Below, piece after piece: positions 12,040 through 22,779 of a stretch of DNA of 28,975 nt (the stretch's first letter is position 1; the number at the start of each line of letters is the position of its first letter). Source of the DNA: Patellaria atrata CBS 101060 (lineage: Eukaryota). Made by a program: the position numbers and the translations under genes. The notes beneath the pieces were generated by a model, which ran no database searches, was not told where the DNA came from, and saw only the letters and a program-made list of their open reading frames with translations. The stretch spans positions 1,463,550 to 1,492,524 of the forward strand of contig MU006094.1 of assembly GCA_010093705.1 (NCBI GenBank). Direction: 5' to 3'.

Positions 12040-13517
12040 TTCTAGACTGCTTTTTTCTCCTACCGAAGTTTTGCTTGATGATCCTGGGTTTATGCCAACT
12101 CCAGTTACGGGTATCCTTGCGTATTAGTCATTTGGTTCTATTGCGACGAAGTGAGCATGGAACATCTAGGCGTTGGAATGGTATGTGGAAACCCGGAAGT
12201 TAGGCATTGGGTATTGCATTGAAGGTAGGGTTTCATGCAGGTAGCGTAATGAGCTGTATGAGTATTAAAAAACGACGATTAATCTACAAAAGTTGTTGTC
12301 ACACATTATATCCTCTTTGATGGTATTTTCAACCTGTGGGAATCTGATCATATGAGGAGGTACTAGAAAATACTACCGCCATTGATTCTGGATTGCTAGA
12401 ATGTACGACACATATCCCCCAATCCAAACCACTCGTGGTTTCAAGACTTTTCTTCGTAGCAATGTTTCCTTACTCTCTAACTACTTCCCTTGTGAGGTGC
12501 CTTAGTATCCAAGCTGTTGCTGAAATGCTAAACCAACAATCATCATTTTCTTTGTTTTCAAAATACCACACTCTTCTACAGAGCTCACTTTAATTCGGCC
12601 AGTCTTCTAGAGCTGAACTTCATCAGCCTTACTAGTAGCATGCCGACTCAAACCCTTACCGTTCCATACCTTTCTACAGATATACGTAATATAATCTGAA
12701 TCTGTCCCTTGAAAGTGACCAGAATGTACATGCGTTTTCTGAGCTTCCCGATCTGATCAATACTTTTCGCTGAGTTCGAGAAGAGAATCTGCCTATGTAT
12801 ACTTCATCTAATGAATATTTATGGCGCACAGCTCGCAATTTGGACAGCCTCCCGCAAAGAATTGCGGATTGGCTAATAAACCCTACTATTCTCAGTGTCA
12901 AACGACTTGTATAACTTAAAATCTTAAGCGTCAAAATCGCGAATTGAGGCTGTAAGGGTCGCGTAAAGCGAGATTCATGTTCTACGGTCAAAGCCCTAAT
13001 ACTATACTTGTTCCCTTGGATTGAATTAGCCTGTAACACGGAGCCGAACGAGCGGAAGTTAAGGCTGAGTTTTGGCTTGTCAGATGAGCTTGTCCGTGTT
13101 AAGGATCGCAGACTAGATATGTGGAAGTTTTGAGAGCACTTGAGGGCGAAGACAAAGGGAGAGAGATCAATTTAGGAGTCTATAGGGGAATATTGCAGGA
13201 AGGCCAAAGAATGTTGTATTTGTATAGCTGTGTGCAAACTTTCCAGGGAAAGGTATAATTCCTGCAGTATGAAGCAATTTTGGTGACCAATATGGTAGAG
13301 ATGTCTCTTGAAGGTAAACTTGGCACCCCCATGTTAATATAGTTTGACACCTTTGTTAATGTCATCTTAGTCAAACAATGCATCGAAAGAACTCAAAAAG
13401 TAGAAAAGAAAATAATAATGTAATTGTGGACTTGAATCGAGTTGAAATCAAGCTTCTATTCAAGTAAATCAACCGTTAATATCATAGCGGTCGCATTTCT
13501 TGTTATCTATTCTGTCT

Positions 13518-14258
13518 CTACCCCTGAACGGTGAAATAATTGGCCCTGATCGGTGGTTGTAGAGCTGCTGCTGCGACAAATCTTGTATAATTGAAGGGAA
13601 GACGCGCATTCACGACCTGTTGTTCACTTGCTGGAACGGCAAAGTTCGCAGGCTGATCAAACAAGAGCTCAATGTAGTTGTGAGGATGAGGGGGGTTCTC
13701 AGCCGGCGGTGAGGGACCAAAATAAGAGGATGGCTGAGTGCCAGTCCCTGGTGCTAGGATGTACGAGCCCGTTGAGCTCTGCCTTCCGTTATATTTGACA
13801 TCTCTGAACAACCCGTGGAGAACGATGCCACGTTGTCCTGCTGGAAGACCGCCGAAATTCGCCGGACTAAAACTGTGGGTTAGAACTATACAATCATTAG
13901 GGAGTACCATATCTGGTGCTTACAGGTCAATGTCTGCATTTTGGTCAATTAATGATAAAATGACGTTAAAGTTGAGTTCTTACCAATCATCATAATCAGA
14001 TATGTCCCGTTTAGCGGTACATCACTAGTTCCATAAGTTGGCATCGTGGCAGTTTCTGGACTATGTCAGGGCTAATATGCACAGTTGTCGCACTTAATAG
14101 CTCATACGTTGCTTCGTAAACCGTTCCCCTGGTGGATCAACGACGTTAGTGCCATATATGACATCGAGACGGCCCGGAACCTGATGAACAAAGCCCGGTG
14201 GTGTCTCCGCAAGGCCAACGGAGGCAAACGCAAGAGCGAGAAGCGAAGAAAGGCGCAT
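13518..14258 (-). CDS. Secreted phosphatidylethanolamine-binding (PEBP)-family protein, 193 aa; exons 14258-14108, 14055-13984, 13933-13924, 13866-13518
   Basis: Signal peptide MRLSSLLALAFASVGLA followed by ETPPGF. The spliced TYLIMMIDIDLP (PEBP DxDxP-like) and YFGPSPP..HPHNYIELLFDQP motifs are present. Three GT-AG introns of 52, 50 and 57 nt keep the frame. Confidence 0.85.
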
Positions 14259-14794
14259 CTTTTGCTAAGGACAACAAAGACTTAGGAGATATAAGGGAAA
14301 CATCCACTTGCAGGTAGGAACCCGTTTCTATTGTACTTGGAGCATCTTGTGATATTTCCCGGCTCAAGGACCATCACATCATTATTAGATCCAGGTCACG
14401 TTGTTTGATTTTGAGTGTAGCAAATTTAATGATCTCTAACAATACAAAACCAATTTGAGAGACTCATATCGAAAGACCACTGGGAGTTAGGATTTCGAAG
14501 AAGAACGTGGTCAACGTGCAGATCAACCGTCTCGGCGCCCTTTAGATGAAAATAGGATGGCTAAGGAGAGATTAATACCCTTGTTACCCCGCATGGGCAG
14601 AAGGTGTCTGTTCAAATGAGAGTTGCGACAATACAAGTGCCGATACTTAGAATTGATGGATATTTAAAAATGGGAGCAATATTGTAGGAACCAACTTTGT
14701 TCGTAGGTTGACGTAGAGGTGGAATACTGCTACGTACTCCATAAGCAGAAGGGGATTTGATACTAGAGGCGGGGGTTCCGAGAACTACAGAGGC

Positions 14795-14817
14795 GGGACG
14801 GGGCGGAGCGGGGCGGG
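14795..14817 (+). other. G-rich tract matching the G-quadruplex pattern, overlapping SYGGRG (CreA-type) boxes
   Basis: GGG AC GGGG CGGAGC GGGG C GGG; GCGGAG at 14803-14808 and GCGGGG at 14808-14813. It lies in the divergent intergenic region. Pattern match only. Confidence 0.35.
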
Positions 14818-15364
14818 ACGGATTGAACATAAGCTTTTCCCGCTTATTAGGTAGTTAGGACACTGTTGAGGTAGTTACTGTGATTGCTATCTGCAATATC
14901 AATTCAACGAAGCCTCATCTTTACTGTAACAGCTCGGTGTTTGCCTTTCGATGATTGAGCCCGGAAACTGAAAGCTCGGGACTAAATACACATTATACCG
15001 CCCTTGATATGACCGACGTCATCTAAAGTTCCCTTCACTAATATGGGGGCGACTTAGTAGCGTTTTTGACATCAAAAGGTGGCAATTCCAAGGTAGTGAG
15101 CTGCCGTGTTGCGGTGTCATCGGGGCTTGTTCCACGTCGGATCGGGCCGTTACCACCGGAAATCTTGGTTATCATTCTCTAGCTTGTCCTTGAATTCTGC
15201 GGAGTATTTGGTGGTGACAGAGACACAAACTTTAGACTGCCTTGTTTTATGACTCACCAATCTTTCCCTAGAGTTCGAGGGATTCCTTGTGAAAGAGCTT
15301 CCAAATAGCGACATGCAAAATCATTCAGCATACGCTTTTCATAGTCCACCGTCCTCATGCGATA

Positions 15365-16730
15365 ATGAGTGACATGAAAACCCAACAACCAGCTATCGGT
15401 GCCGGATCAATCGGCTTTTGAATGGCATACTATCTGGCTCAAGCGCAGCGTGAACCGGGCGATGTCAATATCAAAAAGATAATAGTCATAGATGCTTGCG
15501 AGTTCCCCTTTGGAGCGACATCCGGGACCTGTTCTGGGTGCATACATTATTTCTTCGACGATAGCCAGGTTGTGAAGCTCGGAAGATATTCATTCGCTCT
15601 TTGGGAGAATTTCTCTGCTGACGACGCTTTCGTTACTACAGTGGGTTGGCGGTCTGAATCGGTCTTCGGAATAAAACATGGTGATGAGGGTAATAAAAAG
15701 GTTTTGCCGGATTAGCTACGCTGTGGTACAGATTGGAATGTGGTTACTAACTTCCGTAGATCGCACAACACGCTGGTGCAAGTTCTACTTAATGGTCACA
15801 GCGTCCTTATGGGATATAGCTGACGCGGGCGTTGATATAGAAATCCAATTGGTGTGGGCACTTGGCTCTCGAGACGATGCCTCGAACTTGGCGTACAAAT
15901 CTGGACATCTACTACTGTAGCTAAAGTGGAGCTAGATGGGGAGCGTAGAGTTAGGGGAGTGACCTATACAAGAAAAGAGGAGAGGTCCATCAAAGTCACA
16001 TGCGAAACGTTAGTTCTTGCCGGAGGGCCGTGGACCCCGTCAATCTATCAGATATTATTTCCCTCGTCTCCTGTACATCTCGAGCTAGCAATGGATGCTG
16101 GAGACTGGATAATATCCCGAAATCCTCACCCCTCGTCGGATAAGTCAATCTCATTCGTGGGACTGAATGATATAATCGGCGAAAGACTTGAGTTTGTGGG
16201 TCGAGACGATGGAACAATATGGGTGTGTAGAAAGAGGGTCTCAACTGGTGCTCTTCCCGCTCTCGGACAGGTCGGCAGCGTGGATGCTAAAATGATAGCG
16301 AAGCTCACAGGACACGGATACAGATCCATTAGGCTCCCTCTTGGCGATCATCCTGATTGTCTTCAAGAGTTACAAGTTGTAAGTCTCGGCCGCGCTTTTA
16401 GGCCCTCAACCGGTACTGGTCGCCCCATGATGGACGAGGTGAAGTCCTGTTTGCTCATAGAAGCCGTCAACACCAACAAGCTTGAAACAGGAGAGACAGG
16501 TAACGTATTCGTCTGCTAGGATCATGGAGCTCATGGCCTTGATGTTGGGTCCGGGCAGTGGAAAGATTATGAGTCAAATAATCCGGAACGAACGACCCTA
16601 TATTGACATGAGACCATTCAAATTCCCGGTGGGAACTTCTGCACACAGTTCTCTACAGGAATCTAGTCCGGCGAGAAGAAGTAACGTTCCCACGGAGCTC
16701 CGTTGTTCGATTCGGGCCACAGGTCAATAA
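15365..16730 (+). pseudogene. Pseudogene of a DAO-family FAD-dependent oxidoreductase
   Basis: Reads IGAGSIGF*MAYYLA (GxGxxG), ATSGTCSG, LVLAGGPWT, GRAFRPST..GRP, and VC*DHGAHGL/MLGPGSGKIMSQII. Stops at 15419-15421, 15713-15715 and 16517-16519; frameshift near 16540; intron 15778-15840. Confidence 0.85.
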
Positions 16731-19110
16731 GATAATGTTCACAGGACTGTTGGTTCAACAAGGATAGTTCTAACCGTAATAGATCTACGAGGGGGGATAG
16801 CTGAGATGTACGGGGTATCTGGGTCATAACCGTCAAGATCGTTAACCTATGGTAGTCTTAAATGGACGAAGTTGTATTTGCGAGTTAAGGAAACATGCAA
16901 GTAGATCTAGCTCTTCGCGCTCTGAATAGTACTCAAAATGACTAGCTCATCAGGGGTAGCGATAACAATATTATCATTCAATGTAAAGAGCAAATGAAAT
17001 GCAGTTCCGCACATTTGAGATACAATACTAGATCCTTGCTTCTTAGTACATCAACAAGTGGACATGGGGCAAACGAAGACGCTCGTTGCTCCTATCGGTG
17101 ATCAACCTTTTGCCTATTACATTTTATTAGATTTTTAGTAATGAGGCGTCAGCAACCGTGTCCTGCGCTTTTACGAGATTATCCCGGAAGACTATGTTGA
17201 GTCATAGTGTACGAATGCTTTTTACAATCTGTGAATCGTTAGATCTCTTTAGAATTTTGGGGCATACTTACAAGCGGAGCGCGTCAACGAGTCTACAAAT
17301 TGGGTCGGAATGTGCATATGGTAATTTTATATTAACATTTAGTCCATGGGAGAATGTAACGATACAAGTTAGTTAACCATGACTGGGGATACTTGGCGAG
17401 GATATCAAAGTATGGGCTTGCAGCTACCAAAAAAGGAGTAATAGCGCCGTATGCTGTATATACTGTATGGTAAGAGCCTGTGATTCGCAAATCTTGCTTG
17501 ACTGAGAACTGTTCCACACTTTTTATCTAAGCACACCGGTATTGGCGCACAAAAATTTGCGCATGTTTTTCCTTAGGATGACTATGCAGTATATACTGTT
17601 CAATTTAGACGGGAGATGCTGAGTGTACGAGAGAGAGTTCTCATCTTTCAATGAGACCTATAATGTAGCCAAAAGGCGATTTTGTGGTGACAATATCCAG
17701 GAACTGTTTTATTAATTCGGCAGAACTTTAAGAGCAGAGAAACACAGATCTCTCGTCCCTAACAGCCGCATTCAGTACGAAAGGACTTAGAACCAGGATT
17801 GAAGGAGTATCCAAATTGCGTCAGTTCTATCAAGGCTGTGGTTAACTAATTGATTTAGTAGGCCAGGGAAATCGTAGAACAGATGCCCTTGCATGACTTT
17901 GGCCTGGATATCTTATCCTTGGGGCAATTTGTTATAGAGAACGCGGTCGAAAAGTCACGAAGGATACTCATAATGCAGCGCTATTGGTAATAATAGTCCA
18001 TAAGCAAATGCCGTAACATCGGAGGTATCCCAAGCGTGGGATTCGATCGTAACACCTTTCGCGAAGTTCGAGGGGATAGTTAGCTTTCTTGAGTTCACTA
18101 TCTAGCTAAATAACAGACTGCAAAGACGTGGGCTCGTTACATATTGCGAAGTTGCTAAGGACTTTCTGTAAATAGGACCACACTGGTAAAATTGGAAGTC
18201 TATGTCCGCAGGATCTCTCAACCGGGACCACATGGGAGGTACAGTACTTGTGTCTTACAATGAGACGAAGTTTGCTATGTATAAGTTGAAGGGTCGTGTC
18301 TGTAAGGTAGGCGGTAGCTGGGTCTGTGGTGTCGTTTCGCCGTCAAGTAGCCTCTACATCTCTTCCAGTGGAGTGTACAATATGAGCAATGGGGCCACCG
18401 TGCTGTGGTGCCTATTATCGCCATGCGTAGAGGCCATAAGCAGTTGGTGAGACGACTTGAAGTTACAAAGGTAGGTTCCTGGTAGGTTTTGTTGTTTTCG
18501 AACCAAAAGGATCTGTGACATGGTTTGCGGAGTATTCCATAAGAGCTGGTTCTTAGGTTGTCGCGCGGGTTCCGTGGTCTGTGGGCCGGCCAACCGCTTC
18601 TAAGCGACCTGACGAGACCTGATATCTTCCTACACATCACTATCACTACGTCTGAGGGATATTTCGCAATTCGTTAACCTATGTATCGAATGGAAAGCGA
18701 TCCTTGTTGGTGGTCTTCTGGACTTGTATTGTACAACGAATGGTACTTGTATCCCACTCTTCCTTCCAGTATGGCCAGGACACGAGATATGTGTTGAATA
18801 GGGGATGTGAGTTTACTGGAATACAGACCATGCTCGGAGTCCCCATACTCCAAGATAACAACAGGATATCAACACTACCTGTAACTCATCTATCTGATGG
18901 TTTAATCACGTCAGGGAATAGTTAAGGGAGTCCCTCCCGGGGAACTGGTTTGTTCAGACACACTTCACCTTGGTTAACACTTGAGCGCGCTCCGACACAT
19001 TATTGAAAAGGTTTGATTTAACTATACTATTGCCGACAAACCTAAACAGAACATTAAAGATCAAAACAATCCCAAACAAAGTTTTCAACGCAGAGGGCAA
19101 GACTGATTTA

Positions 19111-20706
19111 TCAAGGTCTCCACCCTCCCGTCCTGGTTCGAAATAAGCCCTCAGGATCCACGTTCATGGCAACAGACCTAGCCAGAGCCCTATTTTCAGG
19201 CTTCAGGCGCCCAAAGTAGTCCTGGCGGTAGAATCCATAGTTCATGAAAAGCGGTAGGTACGCTTGCGGTAGGGTGCCGTCGGCCTGCCAGGCAAGGACC
19301 CTGTTGCGGACCCCCGTGTAAGTTGCTTCTAAAGTGTCAGCCATCCGGTTATACTCTGTCTGTGGAATGAAGCTGTAGTTCATTTCGATAATGATGCGAT
19401 CCACTGAGTCGTCGGCCTCAATTAGGTCCGGTCCTCGCGCCTTTGCCTGCTGGGCGATGCGTCTTGGAAATGGCTGTTATATAAGAGGAGAAATCAGTAA
19501 CCTCTCGAGTCATAATATTAGAACAGGAGACTAGATGCTCACCTGCCAGGCGATGGATGCTACGATCCCTGGAACGAGCAATGCAGTACTCGAGACATTA
19601 CGCCAGTGCGCATGAAGAGATTCCATAACCTTCACACTGTTAGCGGCCGAAGGAATCGGAACTGTCTCGGTCCCAATATCCACTACGGAGCCCCTGACGA
19701 CAACCCAATTGCTGAAGGCCATAAGATCAGCATATGTACGCCTCCTGAATGTGTTTAGCAAGGGACGAGGCCCGACATCAGTGAAGTTATTGAAGATTCC
19801 ATCTGGGACGACTGGCCCGTCGTAAAACAGAAAGATGATCCAAGAGTCGACTAAGTTCAAATTGGCTCGCTCTGCAGTCACGATAACAGCTGCCTTGTCG
19901 TCATCGTTGTACTCGGTAAAGTCCCGTACGGCCTTTAGTAACTTGGATGCCACGGCGGGCGTGTGTTGAAAGATTAGGTTTCCACCGTATACATCACCCT
20001 GGCGGCGAGCCTGTAGCCGGTAGTTGGTCACGATACCGAAGTTGTTTCCTCCGCCCCTGAGCGCCTTGAACAGATCCGGATGCGTCGAGGCGGACACATG
20101 AGCAATGGTCCCATTCGCGAGCACGAGCTCGTACTCTAACACCGATGACGCTGCCCAGCCATACTGAGCTGACATGTACGAGAGCCCACCGCCTAGCACC
20201 AAACCGCCCACACCAGTATTGCCGATCCGACCACCGACAAAAGTCCAGCCACTACCCTGCAATTTTGCTGCTATGCCATCCAGTCGGTTACCCGGGCCAA
20301 CGTCGACAATTCCGGTGGCCCGATCTAGGTCAGCCTGATCGAGATGGTCCGTTGATATGAGGGGACCACCTTCGACACTTGAGAAGTAGTTGTTAGGATT
20401 ATGTCCGCCCGACTTGACGGCAAAGTGCTCCGTACTGTTGTTGAGTACCTTGACGATAGTTGCAACCTCGGCCGCGGAGTTAGGGAAAATGATGCATGAC
20501 GGCTTGAGCGCGCTGCATGATGTTGACCAATATTGAGTCTGCTCTATAATGTAAGCTGGGTGTAAAGGACGAGTGACGTTGATGTTTCCCAGGGCCTCGA
20601 TGGTTGCGCATGTGTCAGCATACGCCAGCCTGGCAACCCCAATGGCTGAGACTATAATTAATCGAAGTGACAACATCGTGGGCCTTAACGGTCGGTATGA
20701 GAGCAT
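19111..20706 (-). CDS. Secreted FAD-binding (FAD_binding_4, BBE-like) oxidoreductase, ~500 aa; exons 20706 (or 20676)-19543, 19473-19111
   Basis: Signal peptide; FAVKSGGHNPN, GGRIGNTGVGGLVLGGG and DLFKALRGGGNNFGIVT motifs; C-terminal VDPEGLFRTRTGGW. Intron 19542-19474 (GTGAGC..ACTGAT..CAG) joins the two ORFs in frame. Confidence 0.92.
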
Positions 20707-22779
20707 GAGAGGGTCCTCCTAGACGTGCGAAGCTTATAGTCGGATAGCAGTTGGCAACGTGCAGGTTCACACCGGTTTATATAGACTTCAGCCTTCTTAT
20801 CTCATTTTTAACTCACTCAATATCTCTTGGCGGCTAACCGAATAGTGCGATAGGTATACTATCCATCTGTCACAGGATCGAGACGAAAAAAACAGCCAAG
20901 AGGGCATTGAGTCATGTCATATTAAGTTAAATCCTACTCGAAGGGAAAGAGTGAAAGAGCAAGCGAATTTCAACCTTAATTCTCGCCTGGAAATGCAGGT
21001 TTTCGGGAAATGTTACTGAAGAATCAAGACTAAGTGACAGAAGCATGTGTATAATACTAGTACCTACCTCTACTATACCCAGATTTGTCCTGAAGGTTCC
21101 AAAAGAGGGTGTCAAGACTTTAAAGCATGACGCCTAGCATCCCGTATCTGCATGCAGGACTCCCGGGCCTTTGGTTAGAAATAGTAGTACCTAGTTGAAA
21201 TGAACCTTCAACCTTGTGACCGGGTGAACGTCTTATATTTCCTCCACACGTATCCCCACCTATACAACAATTCGTTTCAGCGCCATTCCAACCCTACTAC
21301 GGGTTTGCTGGATAAGAGTTACAGAGGTAGACTCTTGCTCATCTAGCGCCAGCTGCGATGGAACTTGTTTGACGAAACTGACGTTCGGGGTGTGGAGATT
21401 TCCGCCTAAAAGTAGTCCAACACTAGGACTAGAATTATTGACAAGCAACATTGGATTAGAACATTTTTGCCGCGTGCCTGGCTCTGCCTAGTGTGATTTT
21501 TCGTTCCCCAGATCCGAGTCCAGGGATAACTTGACGGCATTCACCTCCACCTTATTTCTCCTTATTTCTTCCCACGTTTTCATGTGCTGGCGACGCCAAT
21601 CGGCCGGACCCGAGGACGTCGCCTAACACGGATAAATGATTTAGCGGCAAGAGTACATCATCTTGCAGCTTTTCTATCGATTCAAGGGTTTGCGTTATCA
21701 AAGCACTTTATAGCCTAATAATGAACAAAATGGACTTGAGAAACTGAATCGACGATCAAAACTCTTCAGAGGATGGGATATAGGCACGAGGACGACTCAG
21801 TACTGTACTTTACAACGTGAATGCAAATCTACTAGATCAAAACTCCGTGCAAAGGTACGTGTTGATCGCAACTTTTGCAAATACGAGACATGGATATATC
21901 GAGATACAAGAAAGAAAGAACTTACAGTATAAAATGAGATTGAAGGTTTGATGCGGATCTTAGGTACGGATGATCCCGCTACTGTAAAACTTAAAACTAC
22001 CTTACCTTGTTCGCAAACCCCCCGCCAGCTCCTTCCCGTTCCCTAGTTCCACCAGCACTTTTCTGTTCGTCTATTTATATCAAAACAACTGGTCAAGATA
22101 AGCTAATACAACTGCATTCAACTGTCCATGCAATGACATCTGAAAGGATGGTACTGCACCAGTATCACAGACGGTTCTGAACAACTCCGTCCCAAATAAG
22201 TTGCTGTAGAAATCGTCCTAGGCCGTTCCACGCCAGATAATAGTGAGGTTGGTCGACCGTCTTTCGCTCTGGAATATCAAGCGGGGCGGAAAGAAGTTGC
22301 GGAGCGGAAGGCAGAGGCTTAGATAGGTTGTTCACATTTCGCCCACACAGCCGATAGTTCTACTTCGGTTGAAGAACAGATCTCGCGAGATGTATGCATT
22401 CGTAAAGATCTTTCTAAAGGCTTCTCTTAAAAGAAAGAGAAACTGCAAGGACGCTTTTTGAGCGCGGTGCAAACTCCTTTTTCTGCTCAAGTGAGTAGAC
22501 CTAATAGGGAGAAGCATGAGCCAGAGTTTTCGGGTAGATTCAAACTGCGATTAGAATTAGAGGGCTTCCCAACCATGATTTGAATAGCGAAAATGCTTTT
22601 ATGACGTTTCACAATCAAGAGGACATTCTGATTTTGGTCTCGATGATACTACCTTTTGGCAGAATGCTAGACTCGGTAGTTCAAGGCGGTGAGCTAGGTC
22701 GAAATGAGATTTTTTTCGAAAAACCAAAAACAAAACATTTTTCTTCACGACAACTCAGAGAAACAAAACGGTGCTCAAC

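Noticed and set aside
12674..13383. Minus-strand ORFs of 121 and 67 aa
   Set aside because: No recognisable motifs or splice-supported structure; probably intergenic.
7016..20706. Secondary-metabolite gene cluster
   Set aside because: No backbone enzyme, transporter or cluster regulator, and the housekeeping gene DBF2 lies in the middle.
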